A stretch of 64,000 nt of DNA, from assembly GCA_021432655.1 (NCBI GenBank), contig MU271371.1, positions 1 through 64,000 on the forward strand. The letters are read 5' to 3'. Below are positions 50,816 through 63,546 of the stretch, in pieces. Made by a program: the position numbers and the translations under genes. A model generated the notes under the pieces. The model was not told the origin of the DNA and made no database searches. It saw only the letters and a program-made list of their open reading frames with translations. This DNA is from Atractiella rhizophila. Lineage: Eukaryota. The stretch's first letter is position 1, and every line of letters begins with the position of its first letter.

Positions 50816-51364
50816 CCCATCTGTGTCGAATATAACGAACCGACTAGCAACTGATTCATGCCTCACAATCTCTTCCCATTCTTTGTTCGGCGTCTCCTTC
50901 GATTTTTTTGCTTTTCTGCAGGATGGGGATTGTCATGACTTGTGACGGTTTGTCTTCTCTCCGCATTGCAAATTTACGTATTGATTGTACGACTAGATGC
51001 TTCAAATGTGATATACCGGAACCTCAGTCAGCACTCTCCCTCCCTCCCGCTGTTTGCGGAGCCTCCACCTCTTCTTTCAGTCCTTATCAGTGTTCGCGCT
51101 TTCTCTTCCTACGTGATCTTCTTTCCTGCGTTTCTCACACCTACCTGTCTTTGTATCTGATTATGCCGAAAGACCACTCCCATACTTCTCAATCCTTTCA
51201 GTTCGAGAAATTACCGAAAGCACCGTTGCCAGCCAGATATTTGCTTTTATCGTCTGTGAAAAAGGACTCATTGACATTGTTCCAACATTTCAGAATCAAC
51301 TGGGTGCGGCGGAATAAACAAGTTTGATTGAGCATTGCCTCAGTATAACTGTCGGGGCAGCAAA

Positions 51365-52327
51365 TCAAAGCTCCACCCTCGCAAATGACTTCTGGTTCTA
51401 AATTTCCCCATGAGTAAGAGATCGTACTAGCGAAGGAGACTTGAAGCGACGCACTATCTCATCCCATTTGGTCGCCAGTTTATGTATCTCAGGCACCTCG
51501 ATTCCCTCTCCCTCCGCTTCCCGCTGCCCAGAGTAAGCGGCCATCAACAACCCCTTTGCGAGGACATCCGCCCTTATCTCGAAATCACTGACGAAAGGCT
51601 TCGCAAGAGTCGTCACCGTCTTTTTCAGCTTTTCGGTAAGGGTGTAACTGGAGAATGGGAGGTAGGGAAAGATGGTTGGTGGACGAAAGGGGAAGATGGA
51701 GAGTCCTGTGGAGCTGATGGCATGGAGAGATTTCTCCGTGCGACCCTGGATGAGATAGTTGTTAGCGCATCCAACGGTTGGACTAAGGGGAAAAGAAAAT
51801 GCAGACTTTGATCTTCTCATACTTTATGCGTGTATTTTCGTCCGGCTTCGCCCCTTGAGCGCTCACGAAGACAAAGTTGAACTTCTGAGCACGGTTCTCC
51901 GCCAGACTCGAAAAGTATCTCGCAGCCTCAACAGCGTAATCGTGTGTCGCTTTGACGTATTCTTCATTCGATATACCATTGCTTGAGGGTCCGAGTGCCC
52001 AGATACAGGCGTCGTGATCCTGGAGCGCGGGATTAAGTGAAGGCGGATATGTGAGAAAGTCAGAGTGCAGGATGACCTAATTCCTTTCTCAGCCAGGTGC
52101 CAACGAGAAAGTGTGACAAATGTTTACGTTCAGCTTTGGAGAAGAAATGTCGACGGCTCGCAGACCATCGATTGGTCGCCTGGATAGTACGGTGACTTGA
52201 GTGACCAGGCTAGAGAGTAGAGCTTGTCGCAACACCTCCAACTGGTCAGGTCTGGTAAGAAGGGAGAATTGGACGTATCTACCTCACTTCCAGTGAGCCC
52301 AGTGGCTCCAGTTATGATGAGCTTCAT
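51365..52327 (-). CDS. NAD(P)-binding Rossmann protein (TIP30/Fmp52-like atypical SDR)
   Basis: MKLIITGATGLTGSE, ICLGTR, YARIK/GRTEKSL, and FRPPTI. Multi-exon. Confidence 0.8.
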
Positions 52328-53726
52328 GATTCTCAAGATATTTTGGCTCCGAGTCCTCAGAGCAGCGTCGCTCAGACGTGGAGCCTTATAATGGGATCAA
52401 CAGCAGGAATCGGCATCTTCTAAGGCCTCGGTCACTCATCTCATCAATTGTTCAATAAGGTATGTGATTTCAGCAGAGTAGCCAGAGTGCATGTTGTCAT
52501 CCTGAACTTTTGCGAGACATGGAGCCAGAAAGAGACGAGCAAAGGAAAAAATGGTCTCAAGCCTTGGTGGTTTCGGTTGACCGGCACCAACAATGCGCGG
52601 ACGATGTTGAACGCGACCGTATTACTGTAACTCTTACAAAAAGAGCACTCGATCAGTGAATCCTGAAAGCTATCCATGATGGCTTCTCTGACGCGGAGCC
52701 CATACTACGGCCGTACAATAAACACCCATCCTTTCAATCCGAAGTCAAAACCAATCAAAACAATCTCAATCGCTATCTGAATATCTTTACAAGAACCAAC
52801 TTGAATGCACGGTCTATGCAGCAACTGTTTTACGAACAGAGGGAGTTGACTTGAACTTGAAGACACTGGGCAGAGCATCGCGCTCTGACACAGAGCAGAC
52901 CAAATTGTTTTAGCACGATCTGAATCCAGGCAACTTTGCTTTGGCATTATGATCTGAGGAGCGTCAACTCATCCTCATCCTAATCCAAAACCTTTGCAAG
53001 TTGGTTGTGCAGCTCCTTGCCATTCATTGGCGTTCGAACAAACTGCCGGGCGGCAGGAATTTTGCGAACTGCGAACAACGAGGTGAATATGTAACGATGT
53101 AGCGCATAGCGTTACACCAAAGCAGGAAGACAGAGGAACCCACAGGATTTAGTCTCTGGTGAGTTTTCGTCAGACTGAAAGAGTTGGGGATTTCTGTGGA
53201 GATCGAACAATGAGGGAAAGGAGGTGTAGAGAGAAGAGATGATTATACCTATAGAACCGCTATTCCGAGCTTTACAGCAACTGCTGTATGTGGCAAGGCG
53301 GATAGAAAGCCGCACCGTATATGATACGGTGCATGATCTTCTGTTTTCGCTTTTTCTTCCCGTTGAGAACTTGATCTGAAGAAGTGCTGACTTTGACCTT
53401 AGGATACTGCCTTTCTGGTCAACCGTTGACTGAGGTCGAATGCTCGGATTCTAAGGCCGGTGACGGTGTGGTGACGTTCATAAGCAATGCAGTGGTGACA
53501 GGATAAATCCCAAAGTTGTGAGTTTTGTCTCGTAGGACTTTCGGAAAGTTAGGAGGACAAATGGACGAGTGAGAAGATAGTTTGGAGGGTTTGACTGGAT
53601 GTAGGAGAGAGGCACAGTATTGCATTATTTGGCGCTCTTTCAGGGCAAATATGCAAAGGTATCACCTGCATAACCTGATTCCTACATAACACCTGACAGT
53701 ACCGTGAGCTGTGAGCTGTAAGCAAG

Positions 53727-56700
53727 ATGTCGCTCAACTTGTGCGTGCTCGAGGGCTACCTGGACTCGCTCTGCGACTCGCTCCTGGACACCATCGACAG
53801 GCTGTCGCTGCCGCACGTGCTGGAGATCCCGACCGCGGGTCTGATCCGCGTAATCCCCGGCGAGACAGTCGCATCTCCCTCCCAACACTCGCCCTCCCTC
53901 GCCCCTGCCCCTCAGCCTGAAACGACCACGTCTGCCCCGCCACCAGCCATCACTCACACTCACACTGCTACCAGCCACGCCCGCTCGTTATCGCTCCTAT
54001 CCACCATATCCTCCACCATGTCACAACCCTCCCGCCCATCGACCCCGACCCTCCTCCAGCTCGTCACCTCGCCCTTCACCGCGCTCTCCCTCTCCGCCGC
54101 CGACGACTCCCATCCCAAAGGAACCGCGGCGAGCGCATCCTCCGCCGTCTCGCCCGCCACGCTCCTGCTCATAGCCAAATCAGCCTCGATCTCAGACACG
54201 CTCAAGCTCCAGTCGCTCGGTGACATCCTCCGCCGCTCCGCCTCCACCGGCAACGCATCCATCGTCGAGGTCCTCGTCTCCACCCGGCCGGGGGGGTCGA
54301 GGAGGAACTCGAGGTACACGTCTATGAACCCTGCGAGTAGACCGCCCACGCCTGGTTACGAGGGGTATGAGGTCGTGAGAGACTATTTGGATGTGAGAGA
54401 GGAAAAGGACCCCGAGACGGGATCCACACCGTTGATTTTGGCGACCGCTTTTGGACAGGGCGACTGTGTGAGAGTGCTGGTGGAGAGCGGGGCGGATGTT
54501 GGTGGCAGAGATGCTGGTGAGTTCATCTGTTTCTGATTTGGTCTACTTTTGGTCTACTTGTGTTGGTTCGCTGTGTGTGCGATATGCTCCTGCTTTCGTA
54601 GAGTTACCTTTTGCGGTTTTGGGAAATGGTTGAAAGATCGGCAATATGCATAAGGCTACCCATTGCTCTGTCTGATGCATCGTCATCATCCTCATACTCC
54701 TCGACAGCTGTTGCTTTGCCCTCGCTGACAGAAGACCATGTCATGCATCTTGCTGCTGTACTTTGGTCTTAGACTGTAGGAAGCAAAGCAAGTTTCGAAG
54801 TTTGTACCTCGTCTAATAGACAGGGAGAGCTGATGACGGAAGGTGAAAGAGGTGGTACTCTTTTCACAGTCACAGTAACATTCTTATTTTATCGAAAAAT
54901 GAGGTTGCGTCCAAATTGGATAGTGTAGGAGGAAGCGATGATGAAACAGCGAGTCGCTCCTTGATTCGATCATATCAACATCATTATGTTCACGTTGTAG
55001 GTGTCCTGAATGCTCGCCTATTGTTCTAGGTATGAACAGAGTGAACCTACGCTCTGTGTAACTCGCACCCTTTTGATACCCTCAAGAAGGAGTGGCTGAA
55101 TAAAGCAGGGTTCTTAGTTTCCAACAAGCGGATGCTGTCGTTTTTCTTCCCAACCTTGACCTGATGACTATTTTTGAGACTTTTGCAACACTGAGCACTT
55201 CCTGTTTGCGATATGAAGCCGTCATTGATATTCATGCTGATCAAAGACTTGGAGAGCAGCTGGATGGACTGCACTTCATTGGGCAGTACAAACAAACAAC
55301 CTGCCGCTCGCTTCCTACCTCCTAAACCATCGTGCCGATCCCACCGTGCGATCCATCAAAGGACTCACTCCGTTCGACGTCGCACGCAAGGACGACGAGG
55401 GCGACGACATCCGAGAAGTCCTTCGAGCAGCGGAAGAAGCGCGAGAGGATAATGCGGAGCGAGAGGAGGACGAAGGATCGGTGGACGGGAAGACGAAATC
55501 CGGCGATTCGATGTCCATCCGATCGTCGCGTTCCTCCGTCAGCCTCCTGTACAGTGGGACGAGGAGGGCGGAGGAGGAGGCGAAGGAGAAGCAGCGGGAG
55601 AAGCAGCGCCGGCTGGAGATGGCGGAGGAAAGCGCGCGATGGTTGGGTGTCGATCTCGGCGTGTTGACGATGAGTGGGGGAGGTGGGTTTGAGGGCGACA
55701 ATATTCAGGCGATTTGGGGGAATGGGGGCGGTTTGGGCGGTGGTGGAGATGGCACAAGTGGGATCGTGCCCCCATCAGCGAAGGTCAGAACCTCGGAATA
55801 CCAGTGGCACGATGACGAGGATCCTCACTGGGACGATGTGCGTCTGTTATTTTACTTGATCTTGCAGGAATAACGCATCACTGTAGGAGACAGCCGACCA
55901 CGCCAACAATTTCGTTTGGGACAGATGCCTACCTGATCAAATGCTCGTTTTCTCTCTTGACGATCTGGATCCCATTTTCGATTTGATCATTTCGGACATG
56001 AAACCACTGCGATCACGCACGCAACGACCTGTTCCAGCAAATGTCATCCTCCTCAGCGCCCGTTTTGCACATTATTACGGCAGGTTCGTGAAACGTCGTT
56101 CTCGGGAACGCTCACTGATGAAAGGAGATAGCACCGAAATGTTGGACGAGCTGCTATTGGGCGCCATAGAACGAATAGAAGGGGCTGTCCACGCTCATGC
56201 AGATGACATGTCCAACTCTGCATTCTGGCTGTCCAACTGTCTGCTTCTACTCTACTACCTTCGCAAAGAACCGAACCTCCTTCTGTCGACCAGCGAATAC
56301 CAGATCCATCTGTCAGACCTGATCAACGAGATCTTCGTCTTCGTCGTCCGAGACGCGGAGCGTCGAATAGACAAACTCCTCGATGAGGCCATGCTAGAAT
56401 ACGAGGCTCTACCAGGTTTCGAAGACGTCCGCTTTGAAGGAGAATGGAATATGCTGAAGAAGCTGACGGCTCGAGCAAAACGAGACAGCAAAAATACTCC
56501 CAGCGCTTTCAACGCCCCCGGCTCACCCAAACGGAGCTCAAAAGATCCTCGCTCCCGACAAAATTCATCAATGCCAGGAAACGGCCTGTCAGATCCGATG
56601 CAAGAAACTGACCGCTACTCTCCTCGCACGATCACCTCCCTCTTGTCCTCCACCCTTTTCATCCTTCAGTGTTACGAAATTCATCCGTCCGTCGTAGTTC

Positions 56701-57905
56701 AGGCATTTTCTCAAGTCTTTTACTGGCTCGCATGTGAAATCTTTAACCGGATTTTGATGAAGGTTGGTCTTACTGCTTAATTGAACTTTGCTGATCGACA
56801 AGCAGAAAAAATTCTTGTGTCGCTCCAAAGCGATCCAAATTCGGCTCAACGCCAGCGTTCTTGAAGACTGGGCAAGAGTCAATCGAATGCCCACGAAGCT
56901 CGTGACGGTACACTTCACCCCACTGAATCAACTCTTGCAATGGCTTCAATGTTTGTCGGGAGAAACTTCGATCGACGGCCTCATAGGGACAATCCACAAC
57001 CTTCGATCTCTGAATCCTTTCCAGCTGCGAAAAGCTGTTCGAGATTACCGCTACGAAGTTGACGAAACTCGGATGCCAGAGGAGTGCAACCAGTATTTGC
57101 TGCAAGTGCAGAAGCAGTGGGAGAGGCAGCGATTGGAAAGCAAGATGCACGCTGAACGGGAAGGCAAACTTGGAGATGATTCAGACGCCAAATCTGACAC
57201 GAGCGATGTAGAGAAGATGATTGATGATGTTTTCTCGTCTCCCGCAAGTTACGCGCGGTATAGCCCTCCTGGAGGAGTCGAATGTCTAGGGGAATTGCTC
57301 GACTCCCGATATATGGTGCGCTCTTAACTCGCCGTTCATAACGTCTTCTGATCCCGTTACAGCTTCCTTTCGCCCTTCCCAGTTCGGCAGAGATGCTGTT
57401 GAGCTTTGGTTCTGGGGAGCACTTTGGGCCGTTCGCCCACAACAACTCCAGCTGGAATTCGCGCCCGACGACACCTGTACGGAGACCTTTCGCTGCTGCA
57501 TACGCCGCTCCTCCGCAGGGGATCGAAGCAGAGCAAGGCTTGCAGCCTGGTGTCGGAGGGGGATACGACGGTCTGCGGCCCGCATCAGCAGCAGGATCTG
57601 CGACATCGGACGAGGCGGACCGTCTTCCACCCAAGTTTATTCCCATCTTACCAGACGGCTTCCTGGAGAAACTGGACATGAAGAAATCCCTCGCGTCATC
57701 CAGCGTATCGCGGGCTACTACCGTCAAAGGACGGAGAAGTCTGAACACCACTGGCGCCGGAGAGCTGAGTCCAATCGACGCAGAGCACGTTGGCGGGGGA
57801 TGGATGAACGTCACCGACTATTCGAACGAAGACGAAACGACAGTTTTCTCGAACGGAAAGGAGGACACAATGGGTCCCGAGGTTCCAGCGAAGGATCATG
57901 CTTGA
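53727..57905 (+). CDS. ankyrin-repeat + DIL (dilute) domain protein (YPR089W-like); alternative start at 54018
   Basis: Ankyrin repeats GSTPLILA..GADV and GWTALHWA..GLTPFDVA joined over intron 54517-55259. DIL region has FVWDRCLPDQML, AFWLSN, CRSKAIQIRLN and LNQLLQWLQ. Confidence 0.9.
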
Positions 57906-57930
57906 TAGTAGTTGCTCACGTCTTTTTGGA

Positions 57931-60900
57931 GATCATTTCGGATTCAGTACGCATTTCGATCAGTTCAGATACCATCGCATCGGTGTATATCACGCAATTC
58001 CATAGACATACGAATTCTCCCATTCGTGAGATTGGTAATTCAGACGAAACGCTTTTGCTCCACCTCATGTCATTGCAAAGATCATTTCTACAAACTGAGA
58101 CCAGACATTAAACTTGCAATCTTTGCAAGCCAAAGAAGCATACACCCAGCAAGTCCGTCAACCAAACTAGACAACTTATCCTCCGAAAGGACGTGGCCCA
58201 ACACGGAACCTGGTGGAAACGATTAGCTCACAGAATCCATCACTTCCACACCGAGGAACTAACCATTGCTTTTGACAACTAACCCAATCTGGACGCATAG
58301 CTGAGTTAGAACGCAACTCACACTGACGATTTGAACGTACCATTCTCTACCGTTTTATCAGGGTCACAGTTGCACCTGCCATTGTCATGGTACATTTGCT
58401 TATTAACAGGGCAATGGTTGTAAGCAGTGTGGCGATAAGATATGTCGTCGAAGACTGCTCCGTCAAGTGAGACGACAGCGTGGATTTAGAGTCAGAGGGA
58501 CTTGCAGTGGATTGCTGAGTTGGGAAGGAATAGGGAAGCAGCTAAACAAAGAGTTACTTCGGTCATTTATTTGTGTTACTGGAAATGATCTCACCAATAG
58601 AGTGGACAGGTGCATCACCCCACCGTTCGTAGAAAAAGCCACCGCTCTTGTCAAGGTGCTCAAAGAACTACCTAAATGTAAGCAAAAGTGCAGGAAGAGG
58701 GATGTAACAGACATCTTGGTACGGTTTGCTTCGCCAGAAATCAGCGTCGGCGATCTCGAAGTTGGTCCAAAAGTGGCAAACTACCGCCTCATGAGCAAAA
58801 TGTAAAAATATTGATAAGAATACCAACGATTGTATTCTCCGTCGATCCCCTTGTTGTCATCGTCCATGATAAATTTCAAAGAGTTGTCCTTCACGATGTA
58901 CTCCTTGTGCTGTCTCAAGAAATCTTGCACCGTGCTCCACAAAGTCTCGATCGTTCGTTTATATTCGACGAAAGAGATAGTGAAACCGTATTTCTTGTTG
59001 TTGGCTTGCATCTAGGAAGAGCAGGTTAGCTCAGATAGATAGGGAGGAGAATATGTATACAAGGAGGAAGGGATCGTAGTCACTGATCCTCAGAGAGTCA
59101 ACGCGGTTTAAGGTCATAGAAACGGCTGCTCACACATCGCACCAGAAATCGACGTCGCTAAGCTGCAGAGTCAGCTCAACTCTCGAAGGAGGACATCACA
59201 CTCACGGCTCAACTCGCCAATAGTACTTGTATTGCCTTGAGAATAGTTAGACTCGCCTTGACTAAAAAAATACAACATACATCATCAAGGGATGCTTGAA
59301 GAAAAACCTGTCGATCACCTCAGTTAACGAAAGGATAATGAGCGAAACACATGCCCGCTTTGGAAACGGCACATATGACGATAGCTCTCGCTGTCGGCAT
59401 AGATGATACCCTCCTCTGCCATCTTCTTCCTCTCCCTCGCAGCCTTTTCCTGGTCAATCCAATCGGGATAAGACCAATGTTCCTTCGGTACAACACCTAT
59501 GATTCCACATAAGGCAATGCCTATAACGAGGAAAATGGACCGACCGAAGCTGACTTCGCTCCTAGTCATCTTGCGAATCTCCCTCTTGAACTCCTCAGTG
59601 AATTCCTCATCGTTCAAAAAGATCCAAGGGTATCCCAACTTCCTATTAATCCTAGCTTCGAAGCTCTGCATGCTCCTCTTCATCCCCTCCAACTCTCGAT
59701 TTCGTACCAAACTGACGATGGTGGCGTTGGCGCGAGCGTATGAGTTCAAGCGTGCGGGATTGATATCTGGGGGAAGGAGTAGACCAGTGGAGGAGTCGCG
59801 CATGTACTCTGGATCGAGGGATGCCCAAGATGGCGAATAGCGTGTGGACTCGATGGGAGAGTGTCCTGTTGCAGGCATCGGCGCAGCCTCCTTCTGACTT
59901 ACAACAGGAATGTTGTCGCCGCCTAAATAGGGATCAGCTTCATGTTGGAGAATAACAGGATGTTGAATGACAGCAGAATGGGAGAAATGCCTTAGGCAGT
60001 CTTGATAGAGTATGTCTACATCAGATGCTGCAAATGAGCTCACACTGCATGGCTTGTTTGTAGCGCGGGTGAAAAACTCTTTCTTTCGAAGATTCAATCT
60101 CTGTGAATTTCTGGCGTGACAGGTGGAAAATTGAAAACAAACAAGCCGGTCACCCAACGGGAGGAGCACAAACCAGGTTTAGCAACAGCAGTGAATGGCA
60201 GGCTGACTTGCCCAAACTATAAAGTAGTACGAAAGAGTGTTCACAGTGTTGCCGAAAAAACTGAAAGAGACTCTGGAGTAAAAGTGATTTGCTTGAGTGA
60301 GCTGCCAATGTGATACCAATTCAGGCCACAACACCCCCTTCAGCAACTCCTTCGCCTTATCAGCGAGCAGCAAGGATCATTTCGGATTCAGTACGCATTT
60401 CGATCAGTTCAGATACCATCGCATCGGTGTATATCACGCAATTCCATAGACATACGAATTCTCCCATTCGTGAGATTGGTAATTCAGACGAAACGCTTTT
60501 GCTCCACCTCATGTCATTGCAAAGATCATTTCTACAAACTGAGACCAGACATTAAACTTGCAATCTTTGCAAGCCAAAGAAGCATACACCCAGCAAGTCC
60601 GTCAACCAAACTAGACAACTTATCCTCCGAAAGGACGTGGCCCAACACGGAACCTGGTGGAAACGATTAGCTCACAGAATCCATCACTTCCAGACTTGGG
60701 AACTAACCATTGCTTTTGACAACTAACCCAATCTGGACGCATAGCTGAGTTAGAACGCAACTCACACTGACGATTTGAACGTACCATTCTCTACCGTTTT
60801 ATCAGGGTCACAGTTGCACCTGCCATTGTCATGGTACATTTGTTTATTAACAGGGCAATGGTTGTAAGCAGTGTGGCGATAAGATATGTCGTCGAAGACT

Positions 60901-62818
60901 GCTCCGTCAAGTGAGACGACAACGTGGATTTAGATTAAGAGGGACTTGCAGTGGATTGCTGAGTTGGGAAGGAATAGGGAAGCAGCTAAACAAAGAGTTA
61001 CTTCGGTCATTTATTTGTGTTACTGGAAATGATCTCACCAATAGAGTGGACAGGTGCATCACCCCACCGTTCGTAGAAAAAGCCACCGCTCTTGTCAAGG
61101 TGCTCAAAGAACTACCTAAATGTAAGCAAGAGTGTAGGAAGAGGTATGTAACAGACGTCTTGGTACGGTTTGCTTCGCCAGAAATCAGCATCGGCGATCT
61201 CGAAGTTGGTCCAAAAGTGGCAAACTACCGCCTCATGAGCAAAATGTAAAAATATTGATAAGAATACCAACGATTGTATTCTCCGTCGATCCCCTTGTTG
61301 TCATCGTCCATGATGAATTTCAAAGAGTTGTCCTTCACGATGTACTCCTTGTGCTGTCTCAAGAAATCTTGCACCGTGCTCCACAAAGTCTCGATCGTTC
61401 GTTTATATTCGACGAAAGAGATAGTGAAACCGTATTTCTTGTTGTTGGCTTGCATCTAGGAAGAGCAGGTTAGCTCAGATAGATAGGGAGGAGAATATGT
61501 ATACAAGGAGGAAGGGATCGTAGTCACTGATCCTCAGAGAGTCAACGCGGTTTAAGGTCATAGAAACGGCTGCTCACACATCGCACCAGAAATCGACGTC
61601 GCTAAGCTGCAGAGTCAGCTCAACTCTCGAAGGAGGACATCACACTCACGGCTCAACTCGCCAATAGTACTTGTATTGCCTTGAGAATAGTTAGACTCGC
61701 CTTGACTAAAAAAATACAACATACATCATCAAGGGATGCTTGAAGAAAAACCTGTCGATCACCTCAGTTAACGAAAGGATAATGAGCGAAACACATGCCC
61801 GCTTTGGAAACGGCACATATGACGATAGCTCTCGCTGTCGGCATAGATGATACCCTCCTCTGCCATCTTCTTCCTCTCCCTCGCAGCCTTTTCCTGGTCA
61901 ATCCAATCGGGATAAGACCAATGTTCCTTCGGTACAACACCTATGATTCCACATAAGGCAATGCCTATAACGAGGAAAATGGACCGACCGAAGCTGACTT
62001 CGCTCCTCGTCATCTTGCGAATCTCCCTCTTGAACTCCTCAGTGAATTCCTCGTCATTCAAAAAGATCCAAGGGTATCCCAACTTCCTATTAATCCTAGC
62101 TTCGAAACTTTGCATGCTCCTCTTCATCCCCTCCAGCTCTCGATTTCGTACCAAACTGACAATGGTAGCGTTCGCGCGAGCGTACGAGTTCAAGCGTGCG
62201 GGATTGATGTCTGGGGGAAGGAGTAGACCGGTGGAAGAGTCGCGCATGTACTCTGGATCGAGGGATGCCCAAGATGGCGAATAGCGTGTGGACTCGATGG
62301 GAGAGTGTCCCGTTGCAGGCATCGGCGAAGCCTCCTTCTGACTTACAACAGGAATGCTGTCGCCGCCTAAATAGGAATCAGCTTCATGTTGGAGAATAAC
62401 AGGATGTTGAATGACAGCAGAATGCGAGAAATGCCTTAGGCAGTCTTGACAGAGTATGTCTACATCAGATGCTGCAAATGAGCTCACACTGCATGGCTTG
62501 TTTGTAGCGCGGGTGAAAAACTCTTTCTTTCGAAAATTCAATCTCTGTGAATTTCTGGCGTGACAGGTGGAAAATTGAAAACAAACAAGCCGGTCACCCA
62601 ACGGGAGGAGCACAAACCAGGTTTAGCAACAGCAGTGAATGGCAGGCTGACTTGCCCAAACTATAAAGTAGTACGAAAGAGTGTTCACAGTGTTTGCTGA
62701 TAAACTGAAAGAGACTCTGGAGTAAAAGTGATTTGCTTGAGTGAGCTGCCAATGTGATACCAATTCAGGCCACAACACCCCCTTCAGCAACTCCTTCGCC
62801 TTATCAGCGAGCAGCAAG
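57931..62818. repeat. tandem duplication 4: 57931-60374 / 60375-62818 (2444 bp)
   Basis: Colinear at constant offset 2444 with sparse substitutions. Junction reads GCAGCAAG|GATCATTT. Confidence 0.97.
58176..59922 (-). pseudogene. exon-1-less copy of the KRE2/KTR mannosyltransferase (catalytic exons intact)
   Basis: Same exons as 60620-62366 with an intact intron-1 acceptor at 59923. It has no start or TM exon of its own. Confidence 0.65.
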
Positions 62819-63546
62819 GCGGCGGTAACATAGCGAACTCATAGAGCAAACTACTTCAACCATTTGACTTCTATGGTCACACCCAAAGATATTCTTTTAC
62901 CAAACTAAGAGGATTATGCACGAAATTAGGTATAATCACTTGGAAGGATTGGCGCATGTGCGGAGTTAGATGTGGATGCGAGTCGTTCAAAGCTAGCACA
63001 AGATTATCAAGAAGCCTAGTTTTCCTGGCAAACTCGTGTGTAAGCATCAGTTTATAATGACATAAACATCAGATCTGTTAACAAAAAGGAATAGGGCGGC
63101 ATGCTTCAATCATCATTTTGCGGATACAGGCCAGCAACAAACGAGAAATCGGGAACGTCTGCAGCGACAACCTTTGATCATAGGCGTATCGAGCACTCCT
63201 CCTTCTCGCATGCAGTAAGTCATCAACTTGCCCGCACTTCAGAGAACTAAATAGACCAAGTTCGCCACTGTATGCAAAAGGCCATGGGGCAAAGCAAACA
63301 ACCACGTCCGTCCCCGCCGTCGCATCATCCAAGAAACGCACCGGTTCCAGTCCACTTCCCTACTGTCTCGCTTCCCGGCCCACCGGCAGCGCTCGCGATG
63401 ATGGTGAGAAAAAAGACGATGCCAGCGCCAATGAGAGCAGAACGAAGAGGCCTGTTCTTGACGTTGTACTGAATCGTTTGCATGATGGTTGGTGGCTTCG
63501 CCTGTGCGCCCGAAGGGTCGGTGGCGAGGGGGAGATAGGGGGCCAT
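60620..63546 (-). CDS. alpha-1,2-mannosyltransferase, GT15 (KRE2/KTR family)
   Basis: Type II TM exon 1 (63546-63342), then a 975-nt intron, then [52 protein letters not shown] and [13 protein letters not shown]. Confidence 0.93.

Noticed and set aside
56981..57814. 277-aa minus-strand ORF and similar antisense ORFs over genes
   Set aside because: These are shadow frames of well-supported genes on the opposite strand.
16263..62818. Duplications as LTRs, transposons or RIP targets
   Set aside because: There is no TG..CA, TIR, TSD or transposase/RT ORF. The differences run in both directions and include transversions rather than polarised C-to-T changes.
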